A DNA stretch of 43,879 bases from Gammaproteobacteria bacterium. Its GTDB lineage: Bacteria; Pseudomonadota; Gammaproteobacteria; JAADHQ01. Positions 20,080-34,191 of the stretch are shown here, piece by piece. The notes below the pieces were generated by a model. That model ran no database searches. It was not told the origin of the DNA and saw only the letters and a list, made by a program, of their open reading frames with translations. Where the stretch lies: the NCBI GenBank assembly GCA_013151795.1, contig JAADHQ010000030.1, positions 1 to 43,879 of the forward strand, in the 5' to 3' direction. Position numbers and translations under genes: made by a program. Each line of letters begins with the position of its first letter. Position 1 is the first letter of the stretch.

Positions 20080-20868
20080 TTAAACCTTCAGGCCTTTATT
20101 CCGGTTTCTGGTAAATACCCAGTTATTTCCTTCAGATAACTTTTTACTATAACGATAGCCTTCAACATCAAATTGCTTGATGTCTTCCGGATTATCAATT
20201 TTATTCTGAATAATATATCGACTTAACAAACCACGTGCACGTTTGGCATAAATGCCTATCATTTTATAATCGCCATTTTTATACTCTTTAAAAGCAGGCG
20301 TTATAATTGTAGCCTTAAGGTATTTTGGTTTAACTGATTTAAAATATTCATTCGAAGCCAGATTAACAAGTATTTCAGATTTAATTTTTTTTAGTTGTTT
20401 GTTGAGTCCTTCGCTTATTTCCGCACCCCAGAACTCATATAAATTTTTGCCTCGCAAGGTAGTAAGCTTACTACCCATCTCAAGACGATATGGCTTCATC
20501 AGATCTAAAGGTCGTAACAATCCATAAAGCCCGGATAAAATACGCAGGTGTTTTTGAGCAAAATCAAAATCTGCCTTTTTAAAGCTATCTGCATCCATCC
20601 CGGTATACACATCACCTTTAAAGGCAAGGACAGCCTGTTTGGAATTTTCAGCGGTAAATTTTTTATCCCAGCTTTCATACCGATCAAAATTAAGCTCGGC
20701 AATCTTGCTACTAACGTGCATCAGCTCGGATATATCAAACGCAGAAAAATCACGCATTCTGTTAACCAGCATTTCTGATTCATCCAGATAATCCGGGATC
20801 GTATACTTTTTAGTTTTAGATAAAGTTTCGTAATCCAGCTTTTTTGCCGGGGAAACAACGATCAACAT
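20080..20868 (-). CDS. yaaA: Peroxide stress protein YaaA (UPF0246)
   Basis: MLIVVSPAKKLD, FKGDVY, ILSGLYGLLRPLD, YRLEMG, NLASNEY, AKRARG. Confidence 0.95.
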   Translation of the reverse strand: MLIVVSPAKKLDYETLSKTKKYTIPDYLDESEMLVNRMRDFSAFDISELMHVSSKIAELNFDRYESWDKKFTAENSKQAVLAFKGDVYTGMDADSFKKADFDFAQKHLRILSGLYGLLRPLDLMKPYRLEMGSKLTTLRGKNLYEFWGAEISEGLNKQLKKIKSEILVNLASNEYFKSVKPKYLKATIITPAFKEYKNGDYKMIGIYAKRARGLLSRYIIQNKIDNPEDIKQFDVEGYRYSKKLSEGNNWVFTRNRNKGLKV

Positions 20869-20871
20869 CTT

Positions 20872-23349
<2,478 letters not shown>

Positions 23350-24435
23350 TTATATCACTTCTGATAAAACGCCGTGTTCCACGTGGAACATCTTGCCTGA
23401 TTTAGCGCTATCAAGCACAGAACTCAGGGTTTGTTTCTCTATCGAAGTAAGAAACATCTGCACGTCCATATTTATCAAAATAGATAACAAGGCCTCTCTG
23501 TTTTTTTCGTCCAGTTCGGCTGCGACATCATCTATGAGTAAAATACATTTTTTATTGGTTTTTTGGTTAAAGAGTCCTGCTTGCGCCAACAAAAGACCAG
23601 TAACTAATATTTTTTGTTGGCCACGGGATATCCTTTCGTTTGCCAATACCCCGTCTACAAGTATCTTAACATCCGCTCTTTGTGGGCCAACCGTTGTATA
23701 ACCCCTATCCATATCCTTTTCTATTGCCTTTTCTAATGCTTCTGGAAAATCCATGTCTTTTTGCCAACCTTGTTGGTATTCAACACAGCTATCCATATCA
23801 CCCAAAACAGGCTTTATATAATGATGTAATATTTCCTGCAGATCATTTATATAATTTTTTCTTAATTTATCCAGTATCAATGCATTATCAATTAATTCTT
23901 TATCCCATATAGATATATAATCTTTTCTGGATTTTTTCCTAAGTGCCATATTCCGTTGCTTTAAGGCTTTTTGATAACGTTGCCACGCTGGATAGAATGT
24001 TTGTTCCACGTGGAACACTCCCCAATCCAGAAACCGTCTTCTAAACTTGGGACCTTCTTCTAATAATTGATGACTATTTGGATGAATAACTTGTAAAGGG
24101 AGGTTTGCAACCAAATCTGACACTTTGGTTACTTTTTGTTCATTGACACGAATTTTTACTGTTTTTGCATCTTTTTGAACCCCAAATGGCACAATTTGTC
24201 CTTTTTGAGATTTCAGCCTGGCATAGACAGCAAGACTATTTTGGCCTTTTTGTAATATTCGATCAAATCGATTTGTCCTGAATGAAGTAGCTCTTCCAAG
24301 AAAATAAATAGCTTCCAATACACTGGTTTTACCAGAAGCATTTTCACCAATAATGATATTCAGATCAGCGGCAGGTTCAATATCTACTGGTTGTAGATTT
24401 CTGAAATGTCTAATCCCGAGATTAATAAGCGCCAT
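23350..24435 (-). CDS. recF: DNA replication/repair protein RecF
   Basis: FRNL, GENASGKTS, RRRFLDWG, SRGQQK, LLIDD. Confidence 0.98.
   Translation of the reverse strand: MALINLGIRHFRNLQPVDIEPAADLNIIIGENASGKTSVLEAIYFLGRATSFRTNRFDRILQKGQNSLAVYARLKSQKGQIVPFGVQKDAKTVKIRVNEQKVTKVSDLVANLPLQVIHPNSHQLLEEGPKFRRRFLDWGVFHVEQTFYPAWQRYQKALKQRNMALRKKSRKDYISIWDKELIDNALILDKLRKNYINDLQEILHHYIKPVLGDMDSCVEYQQGWQKDMDFPEALEKAIEKDMDRGYTTVGPQRADVKILVDGVLANERISRGQQKILVTGLLLAQAGLFNQKTNKKCILLIDDVAAELDEKNREALLSILINMDVQMFLTSIEKQTLSSVLDSAKSGKMFHVEHGVLSEVI
23375..23390. other. parS centromere-like site 1 (inside recF)
   Basis: Perfect palindrome TGTTCCACGTGGAACA matching TGTTNCACGTGNAACA. Confidence 0.93.
24002..24017. 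other. parS centromere-like site 2 (inside recF)
   Basis: Identical palindrome TGTTCCACGTGGAACA. Confidence 0.93.
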
Positions 24436-24454
24436 TGGCTGGTATTATTATTAC

Positions 24455-25558
24455 CTATAAACGCATTGGCATAATGACATAACGGCAATCTTTCGCTTCG
24501 GCAGGTTCAATAAGGCAGCTACTATTTGAATCTGTTAATGAAATAGTAATGTGATCTTCTGGTATAGCATTTAGGGCATCAAGAATATAATTAACATTAA
24601 ATCCTATTTCAACACTTTCTCCCTCATATTCTACTTCTATTTCTTCTTCTGCTTCTTCCTGTTCTGGGTTGTGTGCCTGGATAGCTAATAATTTACTTTC
24701 GAGTGATATACGAACACCCTTATATTTTTCGTTTGAAAGAATAGATGTGCGTATCAGCGCTTGTTTTAATGTGTCTCGTTTTGCGCCAACAAATTTATTT
24801 GCTGCTTTTGGTAATACTTTATTGTAATCAGGAAATTTTCCATCAATTAGTTTAGATGTAAAACGTAGATCAGGTAGTTGTATACGTATATGATTTGAAC
24901 CCAGTTGTACAATGGCCATTTCATCTGAATCTTCCAGTAAACGCGCTAATTCCTGGATACCTTTTCTGGGCACTATTACTTGATGATTATCGTCATCTGC
25001 TGTTGTATCTGCATTTACTTCACAAATAGCTAAACGATGGCCATCTGTTGCGACTGTTCTTAATTGCCCTTCTTTAATTTCCAGTAATAAACCATTCAGG
25101 TAATAACGTACATCCTGTTGAGCCATGGCAAAACTGGTACGTTCAATTAATTTTTTAAGTTCTCTTTGAGGTAAACTGAATTCTTTTTGTACTTGAATAT
25201 CATCAATTAATGGAAATTCAGCGGCAGGTAAAGTAGAAAGAGTAAATTTACTTTTGCCTGATTTAACTTGTATACGTTCATTGATAAAACTTACATTCAA
25301 TTCTGATTCATCTGGAAGGGTACGGCATATATCCAGAAATTTTCTTGCCGGAATAGTAACTTCACCACTATCGGTAACATCAAGATTAAAGTTCGCTACT
25401 AATTCAACTTCCAGATCGGTTGCCGTTAATGAAATTCTTCCGTTTTCTGCTTGAACTAAAAGATTGGATAAAACAGGTAATGTTTGTCTGCGTTCAACAA
25501 CACCGATAACAAACTGAAGAGGTTTGAGTAAGGTTTCACGTTTTATCTTAAACTTCAT
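24455..25558 (-). CDS. dnaN: DNA polymerase III beta clamp
   Basis: ATDLEVEL, QQDVRYYLNG, ATDGHRL, SKLIDGKFPDY, MPMRL. Confidence 0.99.
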   Translation of the reverse strand: MKFKIKRETLLKPLQFVIGVVERRQTLPVLSNLLVQAENGRISLTATDLEVELVANFNLDVTDSGEVTIPARKFLDICRTLPDESELNVSFINERIQVKSGKSKFTLSTLPAAEFPLIDDIQVQKEFSLPQRELKKLIERTSFAMAQQDVRYYLNGLLLEIKEGQLRTVATDGHRLAICEVNADTTADDDNHQVIVPRKGIQELARLLEDSDEMAIVQLGSNHIRIQLPDLRFTSKLIDGKFPDYNKVLPKAANKFVGAKRDTLKQALIRTSILSNEKYKGVRISLESKLLAIQAHNPEQEEAEEEIEVEYEGESVEIGFNVNYILDALNAIPEDHITISLTDSNSSCLIEPAEAKDCRYVIMPMRL

Positions 25559-25559
25559 T

Positions 25560-25785
25560 CTAATTCCTTATTTATTAAATAATATAATATATAAAATATA
25601 TTGTTATTGTTATTATTACTGAGCGCCTTAAATGTTAATAACAATAATTAATCTATATTTTTCAATAGCATACATAACATTTTTTACTGTATAAGCAATA
25701 GTAAAAGACATTTATATCTTGTTATAAACCTGTGTATAAAAATTGGATAACTTTGTTTGTTATCTTTATTAACAAGTTATCCACA
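25560..25785. other. Probable oriC core in the dnaA-dnaN spacer
   Basis: DnaA boxes TTATCCACA 25777-25785 and TGTGTATAA 25731-25739; variants at 25633-25641, 25742-25750 and 25766-25774; GC patch 25621-25627; trinucleotide run 25601-25620; near-pure AT tract 25561-25600. Confidence 0.7.
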
Positions 25786-27111
25786 TCATGTGCTAAGAAT
25801 TCTTAACAGGCTTAAATAATCTTCTTTTATACGTATTTCTGATTCTTTTAATTCATTAATCTTACGACAGGCATGAAGAACAGTCGTATGATCCCGGCCT
25901 CCAAAAGCATCACCAATTTCAGGCAAACTATGGTTGGTTAATTCTTTTGCCAGCGCCATTGCTATTTGTCGTGGCCTGGTAATTGATCGCGTACGTCGAG
26001 GTGATAATAAATCATGCACGCGTATTTTGTAATACTCAGCGACCGTTTTTTGTATATTTTCTATGCTAACCAATCGGTCTTGTAATGCAAGTAAATCCCG
26101 TAATGCTTCTTTGGCAAAATCCAGTGTAATGGGACGATTGGTAAAATGTGCATTGGCAATAACACGTTTTAGTGCGCCTTCCAGTTCGCGTATATTTGAG
26201 CGCAAACGCTTGGCAATAAAAAAAGCGACTTCGTCAGGAAGATTAGCATTCATTTGTTTTGCTTTACCAAGAAGAATCGCAACCCGGGTTTCAACGTCAG
26301 GCGGCTCAATGGAAACCGTGAGCCCCCAGCTAAATCTGGATTTTAGTCTTTCTTCAAGATCATTTACTTCTTTTGGATAGCGATCACAGGTTAAAATTAT
26401 TTGTCGCTGACCCTCTAGCAAGGCATTGAAAGTATGGAAAAACTCTTCTTGTGAGCGTTCTTTTTTAGCAAAAAACTGAATGTCATCGATCAGTATTGCA
26501 TCAACTGATCGATAGAATTTTTTGAATTCATTCATTGCATTTTGTTGCAATGCTTTCACCATATCAGCAACAAATCGTTCAGAATGCAGGTATATAATTT
26601 TTGCATCAGGATTGTGCTGCAGCATCATATTGCCGACAGCATGCATTAGATGAGTCTTGCCCAGGCCTACACCACCGTAGATAAATAAAGGGTTATAGGA
26701 ATTTCCGGGGTTTTCACTTACCTGAAGAGAGGCCGCCCTGGCGAGCTGATTAGATTTACCTTCAACAAAAGAATCGAATGTAAAATCACTATTTAGATTA
26801 CTTTTATGTAATACAACAGGCGCTTTAGTGGAACGGTTATTATTTGCCTGTTCAGGTTCATCGGCAGTTTGAATGCTGCCAACCCTTAATTTAAGACTGG
26901 GCGGGGTATCAGGTGCCAAAGAAGCAATGGATTCCTGTATTGATTCCAGAAAATTAGTGGTTATTTTATCCAGTACAAACTGATTTGGGGCCAGTAATTG
27001 TAATAATTGCTTGTCTTCAATCGCGTGCAAGGGCCTGATCCAGGTATTAAACTGGTGTTGAGGCAGCTCATCTTCAAGATATTGAAGGCATTGGCTCCAA
27101 AGTTGTGACAA
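25786..27111 (-). CDS. dnaA: Chromosomal replication initiator DnaA
   Basis: [42 protein letters not shown]; TTG start. Confidence 0.99.
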   Translation of the reverse strand: MSQLWSQCLQYLEDELPQHQFNTWIRPLHAIEDKQLLQLLAPNQFVLDKITTNFLESIQESIASLAPDTPPSLKLRVGSIQTADEPEQANNNRSTKAPVVLHKSNLNSDFTFDSFVEGKSNQLARAASLQVSENPGNSYNPLFIYGGVGLGKTHLMHAVGNMMLQHNPDAKIIYLHSERFVADMVKALQQNAMNEFKKFYRSVDAILIDDIQFFAKKERSQEEFFHTFNALLEGQRQIILTCDRYPKEVNDLEERLKSRFSWGLTVSIEPPDVETRVAILLGKAKQMNANLPDEVAFFIAKRLRSNIRELEGALKRVIANAHFTNRPITLDFAKEALRDLLALQDRLVSIENIQKTVAEYYKIRVHDLLSPRRTRSITRPRQIAMALAKELTNHSLPEIGDAFGGRDHTTVLHACRKINELKESEIRIKEDYLSLLRILST

Positions 27112-27136
27112 AGATCATCCCTTATAGTGCAAAGTG

Positions 27137-27206
27137 TGTTAATAACTTTTAATTTATCCGAGTTTAACCTGTTATTATTGACTTATCCACAGATATAAGT
27201 GGATAA
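27137..27206. promoter_or_regulatory. DnaA boxes in the dnaA-rpmH divergent promoter region
   Basis: TTATCCACA 27183-27191, AGTGGATAA 27198-27206, TGTTAATAA 27137-27145. Confidence 0.8.
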
Positions 27207-27223
27207 ATTCAGATATATTCTTA

Positions 27224-27252
27224 TTGACAGCAGGCCTGACAGGCAGTAGGAT
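27224..27252 (+). promoter_or_regulatory. Sigma70 promoter of the rpmH operon
   Basis: TTGACA-N17-TAGGAT. Confidence 0.7.
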
Positions 27253-27305
27253 TGCCGGTTCGTTAAATCCGGATATATCCGGGCGATATAGTTAGGGTAA
27301 TAGCC

Positions 27306-27440
27306 ATGAAAAGAACTTTTCAACCAAGTGTTTTAAAACGCGCCCGTACACACGGATTTCGTTCACGTATGAGCACTACTGGCGGTCGAGCAGTCATTAA
27401 TGCAAGACGCGCCAAAGGCCGTAAACGTCTTACTCCCTAG
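27306..27440 (+). CDS. rpmH: 50S ribosomal protein L34
   Basis: Below the ORF-track cutoff; manual translation [44 protein letters not shown]. Confidence 0.99.
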   Translation: MKRTFQPSVLKRARTHGFRSRMSTTGGRAVINARRAKGRKRLTP

Positions 27441-27503
27441 TAGTAAAAACAGCTGATTGAATATTCTGGCCATTCAAATCCTTATATAGATTAAGGTATA
27501 ATC

Positions 27504-27875
27504 TTGATAGAAGAAACATATCAAGCATCCTTCCCTCGCTCAGTTCGATTGCTTAGCAAGCATGACTATCAACAGGTTTTTAACAATCCGGTTCGTTCGA
27601 GTGATTTTTGTTTTACCATTCTCGCGATATCAAATAGCCTGGATCGTTCAAGATTAGGGTTGGCGATAGCTAAAAAAACAATTGCCAGGTCAACACAACG
27701 AAATAGAATTAAAAGGCTGGTTCGCGAGAGTTTTCGTCATGAACAGTTAAATACTGGAACAATAGATATTGTTGTTTTAGCTAAAAGGGGTCTGGAGAAG
27801 GTATCCAACGAAGATATACGGCAATCATTAGGTAAACATTGGTCTCGGTTGGTGAAAAAATGCGGAAAATCCTGA
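27504..27875 (+). CDS. rnpA: Ribonuclease P protein component
   Basis: [29 protein letters not shown]. Confidence 0.96.
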   Translation: MIEETYQASFPRSVRLLSKHDYQQVFNNPVRSSDFCFTILAISNSLDRSRLGLAIAKKTIARSTQRNRIKRLVRESFRHEQLNTGTIDIVVLAKRGLEKVSNEDIRQSLGKHWSRLVKKCGKS

Positions 27876-28093
27876 TTTTCATTATTAGGGCATACCAATA
27901 TATAATAAGTCCGCTCCTGGGTAGTCATTGTCGATTTTATCCAACCTGTTCCTCTTATGCGCATACAGCAATAGAAAGGCATGGTGTATTTTACGGTAGC
28001 TGGTTGGCTCTACGTCGGATCTTGAGATGTCATCCATGGGCAGAGGGCGGTGTAGATTCCGTACCTGAAATTAACAAACAAAAGAAGTATTAA
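27860..28093 (+). CDS. yidD: Membrane protein insertion efficiency factor
   Basis: [25 protein letters not shown]; start trimmed to ATG 27860. Confidence 0.96.
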   Translation: MRKILIFIIRAYQYIISPLLGSHCRFYPTCSSYAHTAIERHGVFYGSWLALRRILRCHPWAEGGVDSVPEINKQKKY

Positions 28094-28096
28094 TAA

Positions 28097-29788
28097 ATGG
28101 AAAATCAAAGGCTTTTTATTTTTATCGCACTGGTATTTTTAGGCATGATTATATATCAGGAGTGGGAACGTGAATATGGTGAGAACGGTGTAAAAACAAC
28201 CGCACAAGTTATTTCGCAAAAAAGTACAGTTCCATCGCCATCGGTTATCCCGGCAGACAATGTTATCGCAACACCTAGCTCGCCAAATGATGTGCCCGTT
28301 GCCAGCCAATCCTTAAAGCCTGAAAGTCCAACTATCAGCGGTGAGTCAAATAAACTGGATAGTGCAGGACAAATACATGTGGTAACAGATTACCTTGATG
28401 TGTATCTGGACAAGATTGGCGGTGATATTCGTCGCGTTGCGCTAAAAAAATTCCCGATCGAAAAAGATAAACCAGAAGACCCATTTGTATTAATGACAGA
28501 TAAAGGCGCTAAATTATTTGTAGCGCAGTCCGGTTTTGCGATGAGTAAGGGTGCAGGCCCAAGTCACAAGGCAGTTTTCAGTTCTGCAAAAGATTCCTAT
28601 GCACTTGAAGAAGGTAAAGACAATCTTCAGGTAGTATTAACCTGGAGTGATGCCAGTGGCGTTAAAGTAACCAAAACATATACATTTCATCGAGCCAGTC
28701 ATTTGATTGATATAAATAACAAGGTAGAAAATGGTTCTACAACCAGCTGGGAAGGAAGTTTTTACAAGCAGCAACAACGAACACAGTTTGGTCAGGAATC
28801 ACAATCCATGTTCATGATGAGAACATATATGGGTGGAGTGATTTATACACCGGAAGAGTTATATGAAAAAATAAGTTTCAGCGATATGGTAGATCAGGAT
28901 CTGGACCGCAAAAATATAAAAGGCGGCTGGATTGGCATGATGCAGCATTATTTTGTCGGTGCCTGGATACCGCCAGCAGATGAAATTAACAGTTTTAGTA
29001 GTAGTGTTATCAATTACCGATATTACTTAAGAATGGTGGGCCAACTTATAACGATCGAGCCTTCCGAGTCTAAAGAGTTCAAGAGTCAATATTATGCAGG
29101 CCCGAAAGACCAGAATGTACTGGGTGAACTTTCACCAGGGCTGGAATTGACAGCAGATTATGGTTTTTTAACAATAATAGCAAAACCGTTATTCTGGTTG
29201 CTGAATATTTTTTACGGCATATTTGGAAACTGGGGCTGGGCGATAATATTTTTGACGGTGACGATTAAACTGGTTTTCTTTAAGTTATCAGAAACCAGTT
29301 ACCGCTCAATGGCGAATATGCGTAAGTTGCAACCACGCATGAAAGCATTAAAGGAACGCCATGGTGATGACCGACAAAAAATGAATCAGTCCTTAATGGA
29401 ATTGTATAAAAAAGAAAAAATCAATCCTCTGGGCGGTTGTTTGCCAATTCTTGTTCAGATACCGGTTTTTATCTCATTGTACTGGGTATTAATGGAAGCC
29501 GTAGAATTAAGGCAAGCACCATTTATGTTATGGATAAATGATTTGTCTGTACAGGATCCATATTATATTTTACCGGTATTCATGGGCATAACCATGTTGA
29601 TCCAGCAAAGACTTAATCCCGCACCGCTTGATCCTGTTCAGGCAAAAGTAATGATGGCCCTGCCACTTGTCTTTACTGTTTTCTTCCTGTTTTTCCCTGC
29701 GGGCCTGGTATTGTACTGGGTAGTTAATAATACATTGTCGATAGCACAGCAATACGTTATTACAAAAAGAGTTGAAGCTGCTAAATGA
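28097..29788 (+). CDS. yidC: Membrane protein insertase YidC
   Basis: DYGFL, GNWGWAII, NPLGGCLP, PAGLVLYWVVNN. Confidence 0.98.
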   Translation: MENQRLFIFIALVFLGMIIYQEWEREYGENGVKTTAQVISQKSTVPSPSVIPADNVIATPSSPNDVPVASQSLKPESPTISGESNKLDSAGQIHVVTDYLDVYLDKIGGDIRRVALKKFPIEKDKPEDPFVLMTDKGAKLFVAQSGFAMSKGAGPSHKAVFSSAKDSYALEEGKDNLQVVLTWSDASGVKVTKTYTFHRASHLIDINNKVENGSTTSWEGSFYKQQQRTQFGQESQSMFMMRTYMGGVIYTPEELYEKISFSDMVDQDLDRKNIKGGWIGMMQHYFVGAWIPPADEINSFSSSVINYRYYLRMVGQLITIEPSESKEFKSQYYAGPKDQNVLGELSPGLELTADYGFLTIIAKPLFWLLNIFYGIFGNWGWAIIFLTVTIKLVFFKLSETSYRSMANMRKLQPRMKALKERHGDDRQKMNQSLMELYKKEKINPLGGCLPILVQIPVFISLYWVLMEAVELRQAPFMLWINDLSVQDPYYILPVFMGITMLIQQRLNPAPLDPVQAKVMMALPLVFTVFFLFFPAGLVLYWVVNNTLSIAQQYVITKRVEAAK

Positions 29789-29818
29789 ATAAACGGGGGT
29801 ATATAGCCCCTGTTTATT
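29788..29818 (+). terminator. Hairpin / probable terminator after yidC
   Basis: AATAAACGGGGG-TATATAG-CCCCTGTTTATT. Confidence 0.6.
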
Positions 29819-29829
29819 ATTAATAAGAG

Positions 29830-31176
29830 ATGAGTGAAACAGATACCATCGCCGCCATCGCAACACCACCAGGGCGAGGCGGTGTCGGTATAATACGAGT
29901 CTCCGGATCAAAATGTAAAAACATAGCTATGAAAATGTTGGGTAAATGCCCAATTCCCAGAAAAGCTGAATACCTGCCGTTCTTAAATGAAACCCGTGAA
30001 GTTATAGATGAAGGCATTGCGCTTTATTTTAATAATCCTTTTTCTTTTACAGGCGAAGATGTACTAGAGCTACAGGCACATGGCGGCCCTGTTATTCTTG
30101 ATATGTTATTGCAGTGTTGTATTAAACATGGTGCGCGCATCGCGAGGCCAGGTGAATTTTCAGAACGAGCATTTTTAAACGATAAACTTGATTTGGCGCA
30201 AGCTGAAGCAATAGCAGATATTATTGATGCCAGTAGTGAGCAGGCAGCCCGCGCAGCAATTCGTTCTCTGCAAGGTGAATTTTCAAGTCGAGTTAATAGC
30301 CTATTAACTGAATTGACCGAATTAAGAATGTATGTCGAGGCGGCGATTGATTTTCCTGAAGAAGAAATAGATTTTCTGTCGGATAAAAATATTTATATAA
30401 AGCTGGATAAAATAGAGTCTGAATTTAGTAACCTCATGCAATCCACTCGTCAGGGTACCTTATTACGTGAAGGCATAACGGTTGTTATTGCAGGTAGACC
30501 AAATGCAGGCAAATCCAGTTTGTTGAATGCATTGGCGGGAAAGGATTCTGCAATCGTAACAGAGGTTGCAGGAACAACCCGGGATGTTTTACGAGAATAT
30601 ATTCATATCGATGGTATGCCAATGCATATTATCGATACAGCAGGGTTACGTGAAACAAAAGACAAGGTTGAAATAATTGGCGTGAAACGTGCCTGGGATG
30701 AAATTGAAAAAGCAGATTGTATTTTGTTGATAGTTGATGACCAACAGGGAATATCACCGGAAGATAAAAAAATACTGGAACAATTTCCAAAAGGAATAAA
30801 AACAACAATAGTGCGTAACAAATGTGACCTGACAAAAAATAAACCGGGCATGATAGAAGGTGATATACCGGAAATTACCTTATCAGCAAAAATAAATATT
30901 GGCGTTGATGTATTAAGAAAGTACCTTGAAAGTGTAGTTGGGTTCCAGGCTGGAGGTGAAGGTGAATTTATTGCAAGACGAAGACATCTTGATGCACTGG
31001 AAAGAGTTGGCCAACACATAACAATGGCAAGAGAGCAGTTAGAAGAAGCAAAAGCAGGCGAACTTGCAGCTGAAGAATTAAGGGCAGCACAAAATGATCT
31101 GGCAGAAATTACCGGTGAATTTACAAGCGATGATTTATTAGGAAAAATATTTTCGAGTTTTTGTATCGGGAAATAA
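29830..31176 (+). CDS. mnmE: tRNA modification GTPase MnmE
   Basis: [41 protein letters not shown]. Confidence 0.99.
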   Translation: MSETDTIAAIATPPGRGGVGIIRVSGSKCKNIAMKMLGKCPIPRKAEYLPFLNETREVIDEGIALYFNNPFSFTGEDVLELQAHGGPVILDMLLQCCIKHGARIARPGEFSERAFLNDKLDLAQAEAIADIIDASSEQAARAAIRSLQGEFSSRVNSLLTELTELRMYVEAAIDFPEEEIDFLSDKNIYIKLDKIESEFSNLMQSTRQGTLLREGITVVIAGRPNAGKSSLLNALAGKDSAIVTEVAGTTRDVLREYIHIDGMPMHIIDTAGLRETKDKVEIIGVKRAWDEIEKADCILLIVDDQQGISPEDKKILEQFPKGIKTTIVRNKCDLTKNKPGMIEGDIPEITLSAKINIGVDVLRKYLESVVGFQAGGEGEFIARRRHLDALERVGQHITMAREQLEEAKAGELAAEELRAAQNDLAEITGEFTSDDLLGKIFSSFCIGK

Positions 31177-31194
31177 TAATGAGGGAGTATCAAG

Positions 31195-32082
31195 ATGAAA
31201 TGTAATCGTATTCTTATCGTACTATTGTATATATTCAGTTCAACGGTTTTCGCCGGGGAGCATCATGCTGAATCATTAAAATTTAAATCAACCCATTTAA
31301 CCGATAATATATGGATGTTACAGGGTAAGGGCGGGAATATTGCAGTAGTAACGGGCAAGCAAGGTATTTTAATGATTGACGCGGGTTATTTGAATATGTC
31401 GCCCGCATTAAAGAAAGCGTTAAAACCTTTTGGCGGCGAGAAAAAATTATCCTATATCATTAATACCCATTGGCACGGGGATCATACGCAAGGTAACAAG
31501 GTTTTTGGCCAATACGCGAATATTGTCGCACATGATAATGTTCGTAGCAGGTTACTGACCAGTCAGGAAGTGAAATTATTTAAAATGGTTTCCAGGCCTT
31601 ATCCGGAGATTGCGATACCTTCGATTACTTATGAAAAAAGTATGAATTTGTATTTTAACGGGCAAAAAATAAATATTGTTCATTATGCAAATGGTCATAC
31701 AGATGGCGATTCAATTATTTTCTTTGAAAAATCCAATGTTGTGCATATGGGGGATCATTATTTTTCCGGGTTTTTCCCATTTGTAGATATTGATACAGGC
31801 GGAAATGTGTTGAAGATGGCGGCTAATGTTAAAAAAGTATTAGCCCTGATTGACGATAAAACCATAATAATACCAGGTCATGGCCCCCTATCGACTAAAG
31901 TGGATTTACAGGATTTTTATGACATGTTGATTGGTACCAGTAATGAGGTAAGGGTAATGAAGGTAAAAGGTAAAACCCTGGCAGCGATTAAAAAAACCGG
32001 ACTGAGTAATCGTTGGAAAGACTGGACAGACGGTTTCTTGTCAACTGAAGTATGGATTGAGATCGTTTATAAAAGTTTATAA
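31195..32082 (+). CDS. Exported metallo-beta-lactamase-fold hydrolase (cyclase-like)
   Basis: Signal peptide ending VFA; THWHGDH, GHTDGD, HMGD, IPGHG. Confidence 0.88.
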   Translation: MKCNRILIVLLYIFSSTVFAGEHHAESLKFKSTHLTDNIWMLQGKGGNIAVVTGKQGILMIDAGYLNMSPALKKALKPFGGEKKLSYIINTHWHGDHTQGNKVFGQYANIVAHDNVRSRLLTSQEVKLFKMVSRPYPEIAIPSITYEKSMNLYFNGQKINIVHYANGHTDGDSIIFFEKSNVVHMGDHYFSGFFPFVDIDTGGNVLKMAANVKKVLALIDDKTIIIPGHGPLSTKVDLQDFYDMLIGTSNEVRVMKVKGKTLAAIKKTGLSNRWKDWTDGFLSTEVWIEIVYKSL

Positions 32083-32200
32083 AATAATATATCAACGACC
32101 TGGATAAAATAATTGGCTATAATTTATACAATTAAGCCTGAACCGGATTCGTGACTATATTATATAGTGTGTAGAACAGCGAATATTGAGTAATACGTAA

Positions 32201-34087
32201 ATGAAGTATCAGCAGGATTTCGATGTAATCGTCATAGGTGGTGGACATGCAGGAACAGAGGCCGCTCTTGCATCTGCCCGTATGGGTGCAAACACCCTAT
32301 TATTGACACATAATATCGAGACTCTGGGTCAAATGAGTTGTAACCCGGCCATTGGTGGCATCGGCAAGGGCCACCTGGTTAAGGAAGTTGACGCCATGGG
32401 TGGCTTGATGGCACATGCAGCTGATTTGGGCGGCATTCAGTTTCGTACCCTGAATGCGAGTAAGGGCCCAGCGGTCAGGGCAACCCGTGCTCAGGCTGAT
32501 CGAATACTATACAAACATGCGGTACGTGAAGTTATTGAAAATACAGAGAATCTTAGTCTTTTTCAGCAAGCTGTAGATGATCTGATTATAGAAAATGATT
32601 GTGTTGTCGGCGTTGTTACGCAAATGGGTCTGAAATTTTCTGCCCGATCCGTCGTGCTGACAGTAGGCACCTTTTTAGGCGGCCTGATTCATATAGGTCT
32701 GTCGAATTATCAGGGTGGACGTGCAGGTGACCCCCCCTCGAATGCCTTGTCACAGCGCTTGCGTGATTTACCCTTTCGCGTTGATCGCCTTAAAACAGGC
32801 ACCCCCCCCAGGATAGATGGACGAACAATTGATTACAGTGTTCTGGAAGAGCAACCGGGAGACACACCGTTACCTGTGTTTTCATATATCGGTAAGGCCG
32901 AGGAACATCCTCGACAAATTCCTTGTTATATAACGCATACGAATGAGCAAACACATGAGATTATTCGTGGCGGTATGGATCGGTCGCCAATGTATTCAGG
33001 TGTAATAGAAGGTGTAGGGCCACGTTATTGTCCGTCAATTGAGGACAAGATTGTTCGTTTTGCAGATAAAAATGCACATCAAATCTTTGTAGAGCCAGAA
33101 GGCTTAACGACGCATGAAGTCTATCCAAACGGAATCTCAACCAGCTTACCGTTTGATGTTCAATATGAACTGGTTCGTTCAATGAAGGGTTTTGAAAATG
33201 CACATATAACGCGCCCGGGTTATGCAATAGAATATGATTATTTTGATCCGCGTGACCTGAAACCTTCGTTGGAAACAAATTACGTACACGGCTTGTTTTT
33301 TGCCGGGCAAATAAACGGTACAACCGGTTATGAAGAAGCTGCTGCTCAAGGCCTTGTCGCCGGGACAAATGCCTGTCAATTCAGCCGGGAACAGGAGCCC
33401 TGGTGTCCAAAACGTGATGAGGCTTATATAGGTGTACTGATTGATGATCTGATTACCCGGGGTACAATTGAACCTTATCGTATGTTTACAAGTAGAGCGG
33501 AATACCGTTTATTATTACGGGAAGACAATGCAGATTTAAGATTGACAGAAACAGGGCGCAAGCTTGGGCTGGTTGATGATAATCGTTGGAGATTGTTCGA
33601 ACAAAAACGCGAAGCAATTGAAAATGAAATGCAGCGTCTTAAAACCACAACATTGGCACCTGAAAAGATATCCCCCGAGGAGTTTACAGCTGTTTTGGGT
33701 AAACCCCTCACACGAGCCGCTAAACTGGATGAGTTACTTAGTCGCCCGGAAGTAAGCTATGAAAAACTCATGAGCCTGCCGGGTGCAGGTAAGATGGCGC
33801 GAGATCCAAAGGTGAAAGAACAAGTCGAGATTCAGGTTAAATATTCAGGCTATATTGACAGGCAACTTGACGAAATAGCTAAACACCGTCGTCATGAAGA
33901 GACCATAATCCCTGAATCACTGGATTATAAAGATGTACGCGGTCTGTCTCTCGAGGCGACAGAAAAACTTGGTCAAACCAGGCCGAACACTATTGGCCAG
34001 GCTGGTCGTATACCCGGCATGACACCGGCGGCGGTTTCTTTATTGCTGGTACATATAAAAAAATCACGTAAAAAACTATCAGCTTAA
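32201..34087 (+). CDS. mnmG: tRNA uridine-34 carboxymethylaminomethyl modification enzyme MnmG (GidA)
   Basis: [47 protein letters not shown]. Confidence 0.99.
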   Translation: MKYQQDFDVIVIGGGHAGTEAALASARMGANTLLLTHNIETLGQMSCNPAIGGIGKGHLVKEVDAMGGLMAHAADLGGIQFRTLNASKGPAVRATRAQADRILYKHAVREVIENTENLSLFQQAVDDLIIENDCVVGVVTQMGLKFSARSVVLTVGTFLGGLIHIGLSNYQGGRAGDPPSNALSQRLRDLPFRVDRLKTGTPPRIDGRTIDYSVLEEQPGDTPLPVFSYIGKAEEHPRQIPCYITHTNEQTHEIIRGGMDRSPMYSGVIEGVGPRYCPSIEDKIVRFADKNAHQIFVEPEGLTTHEVYPNGISTSLPFDVQYELVRSMKGFENAHITRPGYAIEYDYFDPRDLKPSLETNYVHGLFFAGQINGTTGYEEAAAQGLVAGTNACQFSREQEPWCPKRDEAYIGVLIDDLITRGTIEPYRMFTSRAEYRLLLREDNADLRLTETGRKLGLVDDNRWRLFEQKREAIENEMQRLKTTTLAPEKISPEEFTAVLGKPLTRAAKLDELLSRPEVSYEKLMSLPGAGKMARDPKVKEQVEIQVKYSGYIDRQLDEIAKHRRHEETIIPESLDYKDVRGLSLEATEKLGQTRPNTIGQAGRIPGMTPAAVSLLLVHIKKSRKKLSA

Positions 34088-34191
34088 TTAAAACCGTGTT
34101 AAAAGTATCGTTAGCGTTATAATAATATTTACTGGGTATAGTTTGGTGCCACTAAAAAGACAAGCCTGACTAAAGAGAAACGGAGCGAGAG

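Noticed and set aside
27269-27282. Perfect palindrome CCGGATATATCCGG in the rpmH leader
   Set aside because: Most simply an ordinary short leader hairpin; nothing supports more.
31195-32082. MBL-fold gene as an acquired carbapenemase
   Set aside because: HxHxDH with these flanking motifs fits the broad cyclase-like MBL family; there is no mobile context or resemblance to a named beta-lactamase.
32083-32200. Enteric-type oriC upstream of mnmG
   Set aside because: Only one weak box-like sequence, no GATC cluster, and just 118 bp.
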